The position numbers and the translations under genes are program-made. From the NCBI GenBank assembly GCA_017537515.1, contig JAFYKO010000122.1, positions 3,866-67,865 on the forward strand: DNA of 64,000 bases, in the 5' to 3' direction. Source of the stretch: Clostridia bacterium. GTDB taxonomy: Bacteria > Bacillota > Clostridia > Christensenellales > UBA1242. The notes under the pieces are model-generated. The model saw only the letters and a list, made by a program, of their open reading frames with translations. It did not search any database and was not told where the DNA came from. Shown one piece after another: positions 1 to 9,267 of this stretch (its first letter is position 1; every line of letters starts with the position of its first letter).

Positions 1-458
1 TATCTTTCATACAGAAATAGTATTCCGCTATACTTCGGGTCGTTCGTCGTGCGGACGTAAATATCCACGGACCTGTTAGGGTCTTTCTGTGACGATACAC
101 GCCACATACACCCGTAAACTTTCGGGTCGTGTATGGTGTCGTCCTTGTCCACTTCGTAGCGTTCGTGGGGAAAGCCCGCAATACTAGGGGCGAACCGCAC
201 GACGTATTCCCAGGACAATTTATCGTCTTCCATACCGAACGGCATTTCAGCGGACTGCCACCACAGAATTTCCGAATTAGAGCGTTCGCTTGGGGCATAG
301 TTGGGGAACGTTGTAAACGTGTCCGAACACTTGCTAGTGTGGATTACGGACATATAGTAGCCGTCCTCCGTGTGGGGCGAACTGATTAGGGCTACAAGCC
401 TAGCACCCCTGGGGATTTCTGTCTTCTTTGCGTCTTGCCAATCTTCCTTGCGTATCAT
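1..458 (-). CDS. hypothetical protein, 3' end runs off the window
   Basis: My own minus-strand translation from ATG at 458 (MIRKEDWQDAKKTEIPRG...) stays open to base 1. The ATG lies 2 nt after the stop of 461..904. It is absent from the ORF track only because no stop falls inside the window. Confidence 0.5.
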   Translation of the reverse strand, partial: MIRKEDWQDAKKTEIPRGARLVALISSPHTEDGYYMSVIHTSKCSDTFTTFPNYAPSERSNSEILWWQSAEMPFGMEDDKLSWEYVVRFAPSIAGFPHERYEVDKDDTIHDPKVYGCMWRVSSQKDPNRSVDIYVRTTNDPKYSGILFLYER

Positions 459-460
459 AC

Positions 461-904
461 CTAGTCCTTTTCGTTTTTGAGTTCGTCCACGGGTTCCTCA
501 CCCATAACCTTGCACCAGGTATTCGCCCTGGCTACGGCTTCAACCGCCCGCTGCTTCACAATCCTAGTGACTTCGGACACTTCTTTCTTCGGGGGTTCCT
601 CAATCGTGACACTAGGCAGTTCCTTTACAATATCCAGGGTGCTGTGGAAGTCCACACGTCGCCCGACAACTTCGGGAGTTTTCCAACCCTCTGCGAGCAG
701 ATACGTGAGTTCCAGGGACACTTCGTAGTCTGCCTGGACGTAATCCCAATCTTGATACCCGTTGCTGTGAACGCCCTTTTCAACGGACTTTACCAAAAGG
801 TAAGTGTCCCGCTGCGTCCTGCCGTCGGGCAAGTCCTGGACTTTCGTGAACTTAATGAACGTGGGTTTCTTTTCAACCAGGGCTTTGAGTTTTTCAAAAT
901 TCAT
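461..904 (-). CDS. hypothetical protein (147 aa)
   Basis: ORF track. Part of the head-to-tail minus-strand gene chain. Confidence 0.6.
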   Translation of the reverse strand: MNFEKLKALVEKKPTFIKFTKVQDLPDGRTQRDTYLLVKSVEKGVHSNGYQDWDYVQADYEVSLELTYLLAEGWKTPEVVGRRVDFHSTLDIVKELPSVTIEEPPKKEVSEVTRIVKQRAVEAVARANTWCKVMGEEPVDELKNEKD

Positions 905-917
905 AATCCATTCTCCG

Positions 918-1373
918 CTAGTAATTGTTTAGTTTGTCAAGAGTAGCAAGGTCCTGTTCGGTGTAGTCAAACATTTCGGTATTACGGGAATCCTTGTAAA
1001 GAGCATTCCACAATTCTCTATTCACGTCAAGCACACCGTCGTCAAGCATTGTCCCGAACCCGAACCAACCCCAATAATGCGTCCTGGCGTAGTAAAGCGG
1101 TTCATCATCGGGGACCACGCTTTCAGTGTCTTCGTCAAATGTTTCACACAGAACAACATAATCGGTTGTAGGATTGAACACCCAATCAATTTCTTTAACG
1201 GCTTCCTGCCAACTTTCAAACACGTCCTTGTATTTCGGGTCAGTAGAAAGTGCCTTGAACGGAATCACTTCTTTGCACTTCACAAGGAAGTGACGCATAA
1301 GCGTAACCTTGCCGTCATCAAAGACGTGGTAAATCTTCCCTACTTCGGGGACAGTAGATTCTTCTGTATTCAT
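918..1373 (-). CDS. hypothetical protein (151 aa)
   Basis: ORF 918..1427 trimmed to ATG 1373 (MNTEESTV), which has an AAGAGG SD and forms an ATGA overlap with the upstream stop. Confidence 0.6.
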   Translation of the reverse strand: MNTEESTVPEVGKIYHVFDDGKVTLMRHFLVKCKEVIPFKALSTDPKYKDVFESWQEAVKEIDWVFNPTTDYVVLCETFDEDTESVVPDDEPLYYARTHYWGWFGFGTMLDDGVLDVNRELWNALYKDSRNTEMFDYTEQDLATLDKLNNY

Positions 1374-1603
1374 AAAAACCTCTTTAATATCTTGGAGCCG
1401 ATAATACCCGCAACGACCGCAAGGCATAATTTTACAAGCGGGCTAACGCCCGCATCGTCAGCACTAGCCGACTTAACAGGTGCTTCCTGGGTTTTCTTTT
1501 TGAGTGGCGTAAAGACCTTGCAGTGTTTACCCTCGTCACAATCATTCTTGCAGGGGCACAATACGCAAGAGCCGTAAAATCCATATCCGTTCGGGAATGC
1601 CAT
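1370..1603 (-). CDS. small Cys-rich protein with hydrophobic C-terminal segment (77 aa)
   Basis: ORF 1370..1657 trimmed to ATG 1603 (MAFPNGYGFYGSCVLCPCKNDCDEGKHC...) preceded by a GAGGA SD. The C-terminus LVKLCLAVVAGIIGSKIL looks like a membrane anchor. Confidence 0.5.
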   Translation of the reverse strand: MAFPNGYGFYGSCVLCPCKNDCDEGKHCKVFTPLKKKTQEAPVKSASADDAGVSPLVKLCLAVVAGIIGSKILKRFL

Positions 1604-1610
1604 AGGGTCC

Positions 1611-2234
1611 TCACTTTTTGGAAACTGTGACAAGGTATTTGAACAGGGGTTCGTCAATCGGGGCGATTTCCACCTTGGACCACGGGTAAGTCTTCAAGGC
1701 AAGTTCGGCATACGACATAGCCACATCAAGGGAAGCCAACTTCTTCGTGAACGTCTTGTTAAGGAACTTGTCTGCATCCACGGGAACAACCGTATTGTCC
1801 AGGATGGTATATATCTTTCGGCACTTTCCGACAGACAGCAGGGCGACAGGGACCTTGGGCATAGCCGACGGTTTCTTTGGGTCCTTCGTGAAATACCTGC
1901 ATTCCAGGGCGACCAAAGAGAACTCACGTTGGTTTGCATCGTAGGTGCGACTTCCACGCAGGTCAAGCCTGTATTCTTCAACTTCGCCATTTTCCAGGAT
2001 AACCTGCATTACTGCCGTGTTGCCACGATACAATCCGTTCACGCTGAAATCCACGGCATTATAGAACGTCAAGCGACACAGCCCGCCCAAGCCATTGTTG
2101 CCGAAGTCCATATTGTAAAGGTAGTTTTCCAGGTTCATAATGTTCCATAGCGAATCGGCTTCGGGCGAATAGAACCGAATGTCCGACACCTTGACAGAAC
2201 CCTTGCTGTTGTTTCTGTAAAAATCTTTGAGCAT
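1611..2234 (-). CDS. hypothetical protein (207 aa)
   Basis: ORF track. Packed within the minus-strand chain. Confidence 0.65.
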   Translation of the reverse strand: MLKDFYRNNSKGSVKVSDIRFYSPEADSLWNIMNLENYLYNMDFGNNGLGGLCRLTFYNAVDFSVNGLYRGNTAVMQVILENGEVEEYRLDLRGSRTYDANQREFSLVALECRYFTKDPKKPSAMPKVPVALLSVGKCRKIYTILDNTVVPVDADKFLNKTFTKKLASLDVAMSYAELALKTYPWSKVEIAPIDEPLFKYLVTVSKK

Positions 2235-2237
2235 AAC

Positions 2238-2423
2238 TTAATCTTCTCCAAAACAGGGCATCACCGTGTCTTCAATCTTTTGGGCAACAACCTTGGAAGT
2301 TTCCTTTTCGGACGTGTAGTTCAAGTGCTTGGAGTTGGCATAGAACTCACGCTTCTCACGAACAACATTACGGAGCCAATTTATTTCTTCCCAGGACAAC
2401 GACAAGTTATATTGAGTAGCCAT
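2238..2423 (-). CDS. hypothetical protein (61 aa)
   Basis: Internal ATG 2423 of ORF 2238..2756 (MATQYNLSLSWEEINW...) preceded by an AGGTGG SD. The upstream part of that ORF overlaps a better membrane-protein ORF. Confidence 0.5.
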   Translation of the reverse strand: MATQYNLSLSWEEINWLRNVVREKREFYANSKHLNYTSEKETSKVVAQKIEDTVMPCFGED

Positions 2424-2434
2424 AGAATCCACCT

Positions 2435-2638
2435 TTACATAAAAGTCCAATAAACGTCGTGCAAGAGCAGCAGCCAAAAGAACAGGAACATCAATGCCAG
2501 GACTGCACTGACAATGGGTCCCGTCGGGTCGCTCTCTCGCATACGACCCATCGCATAGACAGACGTAATGAACAGCCACACGAACAATACGAACAGGGTA
2601 AACAGGACGCAAGCCCCGATAGTCATTAGCAACGTCAT
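2435..2638 (-). CDS. small membrane protein, two predicted TM helices (67 aa)
   Basis: Two long hydrophobic stretches (GACVLFTLFVLFVWLFITSVY and IVSAVLALMFLFFWLLLL). ATGA-type overlap with the upstream ORF. Confidence 0.55.
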   Translation of the reverse strand: MTLLMTIGACVLFTLFVLFVWLFITSVYAMGRMRESDPTGPIVSAVLALMFLFFWLLLLHDVYWTFM

Positions 2639-2826
2639 TCAATAACCTCGCATTCAACAGGTTCGGCATTCGCAAGTTTCGCCTTGCGGTCCAGGCACCC
2701 ATCGTCGTTGGACTTCCAAAAATGGAACATATCGTTTTCAAGGTCACTGCTGACATTCAAGCGACGTATATGAAACACGCCATCTGCGGGCTTGCAAGAT
2801 TGTAAGTGTTCTTCTTGCGTCATCAT
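2635..2826 (-). CDS. hypothetical protein (63 aa)
   Basis: ORF track. 4-nt overlaps with both neighbours. Confidence 0.45.
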   Translation of the reverse strand: MMTQEEHLQSCKPADGVFHIRRLNVSSDLENDMFHFWKSNDDGCLDRKAKLANAEPVECEVIE

Positions 2827-3323
2827 TTACCTATAAACCCCTTCAAGAATTTTTCAACGGGATTGTCAAGGGTAATCTTCGTCACTTTCATAACCTTGCG
2901 AGTATCAATGAATGCCGACACTTCACAACTGCGGAGCAAGTCACAGAATTGGTCCACGCTCATAGTAGTCTGCACCTTTATATTCTTCTTGATTTGCTTG
3001 TAGGCTTCCTTGACACGCTTCAAGTGGTCCCGCAGGTTTTCTTCGGTAAGGTAGTGACCCTTTAAGTGGACGTGGCGATTGAAACCCTTGCAGAACGGGA
3101 AGAACGCATCCGAAATAGAAATATCCACCTGGGGTTCTTCGGTAGGTTCGCCATCGTCGTCAAAGGCACACGAATACTGTGCAGCGTCAATAAGGTAGCC
3201 CGTGAACACGGGGTTCTTTACGGAGTATTCAACCATATCCATAAAGTCCCCGTGGTGTATCAAGCCTTCTTCTTCGCAGATTTTCTTGAACAGGTCTGCG
3301 GTCATACAACGTTCTTTGCCCAT
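2823..3323 (-). CDS. hypothetical protein (166 aa)
   Basis: First ORF after promoter 3351..3399. Leader ...CACCACAACCGAGGATATT-ATG. Confidence 0.65.
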   Translation of the reverse strand: MGKERCMTADLFKKICEEEGLIHHGDFMDMVEYSVKNPVFTGYLIDAAQYSCAFDDDGEPTEEPQVDISISDAFFPFCKGFNRHVHLKGHYLTEENLRDHLKRVKEAYKQIKKNIKVQTTMSVDQFCDLLRSCEVSAFIDTRKVMKVTKITLDNPVEKFLKGFIGK

Positions 3324-3350
3324 AATATCCTCGGTTGTGGTGATGCTGTG

Positions 3351-3399
3351 AATATAACAAATTACCTAGTCGTTGTCAATAAGGCATTTGAAAAATTTT
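3351..3399 (-). promoter_or_regulatory. sigma70-type phage promoter (TTGACA-N17-TATATT plus A/T UP element)
   Basis: Minus strand: -10 TATATT = 3351..3356, -35 TTGACA = 3374..3379, exact 17-nt spacer, A/T-rich tract upstream. Member of a repeated family. Confidence 0.75.
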
Positions 3400-3736
3400 A
3401 AGTAGCCCACGCCTTTGCCTTTTCGGTAAGCGTAATGTAATCCCACTTATGCCACCAACTAGGCTCGCTATACTTTGCGATAGGCTTACCGCAGTTCCAA
3501 CCATACACTTCAATGGTTTGGATAAAGCAACGATAGGTAGCCTTCTTTCGTTCTTCGGGGGTCATCTGCCCGTAGATTGTTGCGAGTGCCTTTAACGGTG
3601 AGCCGTCACTGATAGGACACACCGCTGTGAACTTCTTCTTGAAGAACAGAAACTTGCGGACGCTTGCCTGGATTCCGTAGAAGCGGTTGGTTCCCGATTG
3701 GAGCAAGTCGCCCTTGAACACGATTGTAATATCCAT
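3398..3736 (-). CDS. hypothetical protein (112 aa)
   Basis: ORF track. Confidence 0.6.
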   Translation of the reverse strand: MDITIVFKGDLLQSGTNRFYGIQASVRKFLFFKKKFTAVCPISDGSPLKALATIYGQMTPEERKKATYRCFIQTIEVYGWNCGKPIAKYSEPSWWHKWDYITLTEKAKAWAT

Positions 3737-3745
3737 AAGATACCT

Positions 3746-4021
3746 CTAATGTTGTGAGTTAAAAAGTTTGTCAAGTTCGTCACGACGGACGGTAATGAAC
3801 CGCTCCGTCCGTGAACCACGATGAGGGTAATACCCGATAGTCAGCGTGTTCTGCAACGGGTCGTAGTCATTCACGTTCGGCATCACCTGGGAAATGACAG
3901 GGCAATCCACAGACGCAGCGTCACGCTCATAGATAACTTTCTGCAACGTGATACACACTTCGTTGTATCGGGCGACGGTATCTATCACGTCGTCCACTTT
4001 GGTTCTTACGTGTTCGCTCAT
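3746..4021 (-). CDS. hypothetical protein (91 aa)
   Basis: ORF 3746..4066 trimmed to ATG 4021 (MSEHVRTKVDD), which forms an ATGA overlap with the stop of 4018..4449. Confidence 0.55.
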   Translation of the reverse strand: MSEHVRTKVDDVIDTVARYNEVCITLQKVIYERDAASVDCPVISQVMPNVNDYDPLQNTLTIGYYPHRGSRTERFITVRRDELDKLFNSQH

Positions 4022-4449
4022 ACGGGTTCCTTTGTTTCCTGGGCGACACCCTGGCAATGTCCCCACAGGTCGTTGAGTTCGTCTGCTGTGAAAATCCCGT
4101 TAAGGGAGCCGTTGGCAATAAGACGTTGGACGCTTTCGGCTTCGGCACGGCTGTCTTTTTTCAGCAAGTCGTGGATTTCACGGTGGGGGTCCACGAAACC
4201 TGCAAGGCTGTCAAGCACGGAGCGGGAGCGTTCCGCAAGCATAACCAGGGTCTTGGATTGTTCCAGGCGGTCGTAGTTAATGCGGTCAAGCGTGTGCTTG
4301 TGGACTTCATTGATTTCCTGGATTTCTTCTTCGTGGGCTGTCTGCAATTCGCCAATAAGGTTCAATACGTCAGTGACGCTAAACCACTTGTCACGCCCGA
4401 ACGTGTAAGTCTTGGGGAGTTTGTTTGCGATAGTGTTGAACTTACCCAT
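4018..4449 (-). CDS. hypothetical protein (143 aa)
   Basis: ORF track. Confidence 0.6.
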   Translation of the reverse strand: MGKFNTIANKLPKTYTFGRDKWFSVTDVLNLIGELQTAHEEEIQEINEVHKHTLDRINYDRLEQSKTLVMLAERSRSVLDSLAGFVDPHREIHDLLKKDSRAEAESVQRLIANGSLNGIFTADELNDLWGHCQGVAQETKEPV

Positions 4450-4451
4450 AG

Positions 4452-4901
4452 TTATTCCTCCGATGCTTTAATAGCAAGTTTGATAAAGGCGTTAATCTTT
4501 TCTTCGTCAACGGGTTCAAGGCTGAAATCCACCAGGGCACAATCCTTGCAATCCATTGTCATAGGGAAGCATTCCGAATAACGGAAATGCTTGACCTTGG
4601 GGGGCATATTCTTGTAGGACACGTCCACTTCCTGCGAGCATAACACCGTCACGTTCCTGCCGTTAGTTTCAAAAGCAATGGCGAACTTGTAAAATTCCGT
4701 ATCGGGGTCGTTCGGGTTGAGCCACTTAATCCACTTACGCTTGAAGTTGGCGTTAAGGTATTCTGCCATCGCTTCGCTAAATTCGTAAGCACTCTTTGTC
4801 ATACCCTGCTTGGAATTTTCAAGCATACGCTGTGCCTTGTCGTTTTCTGCCTTATTAGCGTCATAGCGTTTCTTGATTTCGTTGAGTTCCTGTAAATCCA
4901 T
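4452..4901 (-). CDS. hypothetical protein (149 aa)
   Basis: ORF track. Confidence 0.6.
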   Translation of the reverse strand: MDLQELNEIKKRYDANKAENDKAQRMLENSKQGMTKSAYEFSEAMAEYLNANFKRKWIKWLNPNDPDTEFYKFAIAFETNGRNVTVLCSQEVDVSYKNMPPKVKHFRYSECFPMTMDCKDCALVDFSLEPVDEEKINAFIKLAIKASEE

Positions 4902-4916
4902 AATGTTGCCTCCTGG

Positions 4917-5234
4917 TTATGCGGGTTCGCTTCCCTGTTCGGGAGCCGTCTTCTTTTCGGGTAAATTCACGGACACTTGCAGGGTCACAACAGCCCCGTC
5001 CTTGCGTTTCCATTCAAAGGACACCTTCGTGGGCTTCTTGCAGTTCGGATTGTCCTTGGAATCCTTGTAATACTTGTCAGCAAGATTTTGGACGCAGTAA
5101 TCACGCACGGCTTCAATAGCCTGCTGCGTCACGTCAATCTTTGAAATCCATTCGGTGCCGTCCTTGTTAGTGGTGCCCGCATAGATTGTGTTAGTGAGCA
5201 TACTATGTGCCACCATAAATCTTTCGTTTTTCAT
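4917..5234 (-). CDS. hypothetical protein (105 aa)
   Basis: ORF 4917..5366 trimmed to ATG 5234 (MKNERFMVAHS) behind AACCGAGGTATCT. The longer form would overlap 5246..6349. Confidence 0.55.
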   Translation of the reverse strand: MKNERFMVAHSMLTNTIYAGTTNKDGTEWISKIDVTQQAIEAVRDYCVQNLADKYYKDSKDNPNCKKPTKVSFEWKRKDGAVVTLQVSVNLPEKKTAPEQGSEPA

Positions 5235-5245
5235 AGATACCTCGG

Positions 5246-6349
5246 TTAAACAATGTAGTCCACGGTGTTGGTTTCGTTCACGACACCCTTGCGTCTGTAA
5301 GAATAATGTGCCTTTACAAGAACCGTCTTGCCGTGCATACGGGCATAGTGGGCACGAACATACCAACTAGCCACGTTGAAGTTCTTCTGTTCACGAACGC
5401 ACTGCGAAGCACTCTCATACTTCTTCCAGGTTTCGTCCGTGATATGGATATAGCGGTATGCCTGGGAATGCTTCAACGGCTTCTTGCCTGCGAGCAGAAC
5501 AGGCTTGTCCGAAGCGTGGCGGGAGTAGTCGGGTTCCGAACACACTTCACAGGTTCGGAGCGATTCTGCAATCCACAGGTTCGTAAGCAGGGCTTCCACG
5601 TCAAACACGTTACCTGTGGTCCAATTATCATACTGCTCGTCGTATTCAAACGTGGCACCACGTAACTGCTTGTCACGGACAGACGGATGCAGGGGAATGT
5701 TGAAGTATTCGTTTTCCCCCGACTTCGGGTCACGTCGGTGCGTGATATGGCACATTTCCGTAGAAGCGACCAGGTAGATATAGTCGGTATGCCCGTTAAT
5801 CGGGAGTTCCAAAAGTTCCTCATAGAACTTCCCGTTTATGCAGTCCGAAACAAATTCAGTCTTCTGCTGTGCTGCCGTATTGTAAAGGTATTCACGATAC
5901 TCTTTGCGGAGTTCTTCGGCAGGGGCACCCAGGGAAAGCAGGAACTTCATAGCACGTTCGGACACCTTGCGAATCTTGCAGGACGGACCTGGGGTAATGT
6001 AGGCGTTGCACAGAAATTCGTTAATGCCCCCGCTGCTTATGAAACGCTGATGGTCCTTTACAGGCGGGTTCATATCCACCTTGACACCCAGGCGTTCTTC
6101 GTAGGCGTGGACGGAAAAGGGGAGCACCTTGAGTTTACGCAGGCGGTCCACCGCTTTCGTGTCACGCAGCGGTCGAAGCATATTGTCCTTCCACCAATCA
6201 CGCATACCCTGGGTATCGTCGCCAATGCGGTCCACGGCAGCAGCGTAGCAGGTTTCAAAGAATCTATCGGAAAGTGCGTTGCAGTTGAAGACAATCGGGT
6301 TTACGGGTTCTTCAACTTTCTTCTTCGGCTTGTTCTTATGCTTTGACAA
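5246..6349 (-). CDS. hypothetical protein (367 aa), TTG start
   Basis: Start codon is TTG (plus strand reads caa at 6347..6349), 7 nt after ACCGAGGA. First gene after promoter 6390..6447. Confidence 0.7.
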   Translation of the reverse strand: MSKHKNKPKKKVEEPVNPIVFNCNALSDRFFETCYAAAVDRIGDDTQGMRDWWKDNMLRPLRDTKAVDRLRKLKVLPFSVHAYEERLGVKVDMNPPVKDHQRFISSGGINEFLCNAYITPGPSCKIRKVSERAMKFLLSLGAPAEELRKEYREYLYNTAAQQKTEFVSDCINGKFYEELLELPINGHTDYIYLVASTEMCHITHRRDPKSGENEYFNIPLHPSVRDKQLRGATFEYDEQYDNWTTGNVFDVEALLTNLWIAESLRTCEVCSEPDYSRHASDKPVLLAGKKPLKHSQAYRYIHITDETWKKYESASQCVREQKNFNVASWYVRAHYARMHGKTVLVKAHYSYRRKGVVNETNTVDYIV

Positions 6350-6389
6350 GGCGTTATCCTCGGTAAAGGTTGTCGTGGTTTCTGTGCTA

Positions 6390-6447
6390 AATATAACAAA
6401 TTACCCGCCTATTGTCAATAGATATTTTAAATTTTTTGAATTTTTTC
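6390..6447 (-). promoter_or_regulatory. sigma70-type phage promoter (family member)
   Basis: -10 TATATT 6390..6395, -35 TTGACA 6413..6418, 17-nt spacer, long A/T UP tract. Confidence 0.75.
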
Positions 6448-6455
6448 AAGGTCCG

Positions 6456-6908
6456 CTATTTCTTATCGGCTTCTCCTACCATAACGACGGTTGTCAAGTC
6501 CCTGCCCTGCATACGCACGGCATTGTCTAGGAACTCTTTTGCCTTCTCAATGCTGTCAAACGACGCTTGGGTACAACAGGAATCGCAATCGTATTCCACG
6601 AACCTGTTCCAAAAGAACCACCTCTTGTATTCGGGGACGTAGTGAACGCTCAACTTGCCGTCAAGCAGAAGGTGTTCTTCCTTGACGATGCGGACCCGCA
6701 GCACCTTCTTTCGTTTGGTCCCTGGGTCAATGCCCCACATCTTGCAAAGGCTATCCTTGTCCTTGCGGAGTTTTCGGATTTCCCGCTGCAAAGCGTCCAC
6801 GACGTTCTTTACCAACGTAGCCGACGTAGTTAGACCGTGATACGTCATAAGGTCATACACGTTCATTCCATAAGAGTTCTGCGGTTCGTTAAGTTCGTCA
6901 CCAACCAT
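6456..6908 (-). CDS. hypothetical protein (150 aa)
   Basis: ORF track. Confidence 0.6.
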   Translation of the reverse strand: MVGDELNEPQNSYGMNVYDLMTYHGLTTSATLVKNVVDALQREIRKLRKDKDSLCKMWGIDPGTKRKKVLRVRIVKEEHLLLDGKLSVHYVPEYKRWFFWNRFVEYDCDSCCTQASFDSIEKAKEFLDNAVRMQGRDLTTVVMVGEADKK

Positions 6909-7197
6909 AATGCTTCCCCATTAGTTTAGAAAGTAAAATGCTTTGAATATGGGACACACGATTAGAATTTTCTTCGTTAAACGTGTAGTCGGTATCGTCG
7001 CCTGCGATTTGCAGGGTTTCAATAGCGTCCAACCGAACAACGGTGTTGCCGACGGTAATAGTGTCCTTGAACGGATTACCTGGCAGGTTAGTGGCATACT
7101 TGTTGGAATGGTATTCCTGCTTGATTTCGTTGAGAACGCCCGCAACGTCCAGGCGATAGCCCGTGTCGTCCAGGAACGTGACTATTCTAACAATCAT
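6898..7197 (-). CDS. hypothetical protein (99 aa)
   Basis: ORF track. Confidence 0.55.
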   Translation of the reverse strand: MIVRIVTFLDDTGYRLDVAGVLNEIKQEYHSNKYATNLPGNPFKDTITVGNTVVRLDAIETLQIAGDDTDYTFNEENSNRVSHIQSILLSKLMGKHYGW

Positions 7198-7738
7198 CGT
7201 TTACCCCCTGTGTTTTAAGATAGTTCGCTGCGTATTGAATAAGTTCGCATACCTGCAAGTAAACCTGGTCTTCCACAATGCAGGACTGCATAGTGCCGTA
7301 AAGGTATTCCATTTCCAGGTCCCAACCTTTTTCGGAGTTCAATTCATAAAGCGTGTCATACCAGGATTCAAGCGAGTCACGGTCGCTTTCAAGGTATTCC
7401 AGGTCTTCTTCCTTAATGGTGTCGGGATATTCTTCAAGCAGTTCCTTACGCAGTGCTTCCGCATCAATGGTGCGGTCGTAGTGGAACTTCGGGGCTGCTT
7501 CCAACTTTTCTTCCCAATAGCCAGGGTTAATGTGGTCCCCACGGAAGAAAGTATAGCAGTTCACGATATTGCCCTTGAAGACCCAACAGCCGTAATCGCC
7601 CAACACCGTCACGTCGTATTTCGTGAAGCGTATGTATATCGGGCATCCCATTCTGTTGACAAACTTGACTTCGTGACACGCCCTGTTAGGCGTATAGGTC
7701 AATGTGTCGGTAAGATTAAATCCGTTGTCTAATGCCAT
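7187..7738 (-). CDS. hypothetical protein (183 aa)
   Basis: ORF track. GGAGAA SD lies immediately downstream of the tnpB stop. Confidence 0.6.
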   Translation of the reverse strand: MALDNGFNLTDTLTYTPNRACHEVKFVNRMGCPIYIRFTKYDVTVLGDYGCWVFKGNIVNCYTFFRGDHINPGYWEEKLEAAPKFHYDRTIDAEALRKELLEEYPDTIKEEDLEYLESDRDSLESWYDTLYELNSEKGWDLEMEYLYGTMQSCIVEDQVYLQVCELIQYAANYLKTQGVNDDC

Positions 7739-7762
7739 ATAAGGTTCTCCAATATATTAGCT

Positions 7763-9172
7763 TTATATGCTTCTATTATCTATATAGTGCATAAGCGTAA
7801 TTTCCTGCTTCAACAACAAGCACTGTTCCTGTGTTTCAAAGAACTGCAACCTCTTGTCTTTCGGGTCCACATACGCGACACCTTCTTCCGAGCGTTCGCA
7901 AGGAAGGCAGGCTTCAACGGTGTTTTCACCGCAAGTATTTCGTGTGCTTACAAGTTCTGTAAGCCACAAGCCATAGAACTTCAAGTTCTCGGCTGCATTG
8001 AAATCTCTGTCGTGCCTATGCCCACATACGGGGCATACCCACTCTCTGTCTTTCAGTTTCAAATCTTCTTTCTTGTATTGTCCGCAGTGTGAGCAGTATT
8101 GACTACTAGCATAAAAGCAGGGAGCCTGTATTAACTGTATATTGTTCCACTTGCATTTATACTCTAAATAATTACGCATACGCCCGAAGTTTGCGTCTAA
8201 TATAGCCGAAGCAAGTTTGTGATTCTTCGTCATATTGCTAGGCTTCAAGTCCTCAATGACAACCATTTTAGGTTTAGACTTGTAAACCACATCGCTAGTG
8301 AACTGATGGGCTACGTTTATGCGAGCATTCGTTATTCTTTGATACAGCCTAGCGATTTTATGCTTACACTTGATTCTGTTCTTTGAGTGCTTACGCTTAC
8401 GTGCCAATGCACGTTGGTATCTACGCAAGCGTTGTTTAGCACGGGCATACCCTTTAGGGTTAGCATACACCATACCCTCACTTGTAATCGCTAAATCTTT
8501 AATGCCGAAGTCTATGCCTACAATATCGTCAGCAGTTATACTAGACACAGTTTCGTAGATAGGTATAATGTCAGTTTTATAGATAAACGACACGAACCAC
8601 TTGCCCGTAGCATCTACCGAAACGGTAGCCATAGACAGGGGTATTCTATCTACGCCAACGGGAATCTTGACGTAATTCTTTTCCTGTAAACGGATTTTCC
8701 CAATAGTGGGGATTTGAACGAAATCACGACCAATAAAAACATTTCCGCTACAACGGAAAGATTCGTTTACGTCATACCTGTGGAAGCGTGGGTGCTTGGC
8801 TTGACCCTTGAAGAACCGCTTCCAAGCAGCCCCTAAATCCCGCAAGGCTTCCTGCCCACAGAACTTGCTTACTTCTGCCATCCACTTGTTTTCGGGTAAC
8901 TTCTTGTAAATACACCATTCCTTGTGCCAATCAATAGGTGTTCCGAACTCACACTTGATTTTATGTCCTGGGGGAGTATTCTGTTTGGCTAATTCGTAAG
9001 CCTTGTTCTGTTGAGCAAGTTTCCAATTATATGCACGACGAGCAACAGCACACATCCTACGCAAGACAGGTATCTGTGCCTTGCTAGGTTTCAAGCATAT
9101 CTTTCGTCCGCTTATCTGTTGCATATACAAGTAAATGCCCGATGAATACTTATTGTGCAAGTCAGCATCCAT
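7763..9172 (-). CDS. tnpB: TnpB (IS200/IS605-family OrfB) RNA-guided-nuclease-type protein, canonical with zinc ribbon
   Basis: RuvC motifs VGIDFGIKD, VVIEDLKPS and HDRDFNAAENL, plus CSHCG...CPVCG between YASSQY and the last Asp. The true start may be the internal MQQISGRK at 9124. Confidence 0.85.
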   Translation of the reverse strand: MDADLHNKYSSGIYLYMQQISGRKICLKPSKAQIPVLRRMCAVARRAYNWKLAQQNKAYELAKQNTPPGHKIKCEFGTPIDWHKEWCIYKKLPENKWMAEVSKFCGQEALRDLGAAWKRFFKGQAKHPRFHRYDVNESFRCSGNVFIGRDFVQIPTIGKIRLQEKNYVKIPVGVDRIPLSMATVSVDATGKWFVSFIYKTDIIPIYETVSSITADDIVGIDFGIKDLAITSEGMVYANPKGYARAKQRLRRYQRALARKRKHSKNRIKCKHKIARLYQRITNARINVAHQFTSDVVYKSKPKMVVIEDLKPSNMTKNHKLASAILDANFGRMRNYLEYKCKWNNIQLIQAPCFYASSQYCSHCGQYKKEDLKLKDREWVCPVCGHRHDRDFNAAENLKFYGLWLTELVSTRNTCGENTVEACLPCERSEEGVAYVDPKDKRLQFFETQEQCLLLKQEITLMHYIDNRSI

Positions 9173-9238
9173 CGGGCATTCAAATGTCCGTATTAGTATA
9201 TAAGGACTTGCACATACTTATATACACTTTCAACCTAT

Positions 9239-9267
9239 AATATACATTTTTATCAAAAAATAATCAA
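9239..9267 (-). promoter_or_regulatory. promoter of tnpB copy 1 (TTGATT-N17-TATATT)
   Basis: -10 at 9239..9244, -35 at 9262..9267, 17-nt spacer. Confidence 0.55.

Noticed and set aside
129-389. 86-aa plus-strand ORF at the left edge
   Set aside because: It is antisense to the open minus-strand reading frame that continues from ATG 458 off the window. It has no promoter or SD.
2435-2638. Holin call for the 2-TM small protein
   Set aside because: The topology is compatible with a holin. However, no endolysin or spanin was recognised nearby, and the gene sits among early-type genes. It is left as a generic membrane protein.
2424-2756. Upstream two-thirds of ORF 2238..2756 (172 aa)
   Set aside because: It overlaps, out of frame, the two better small ORFs 2435..2638 (a clear 2-TM protein) and 2635..2826. 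Only the part from ATG 2423 has an SD and a protein-like sequence.
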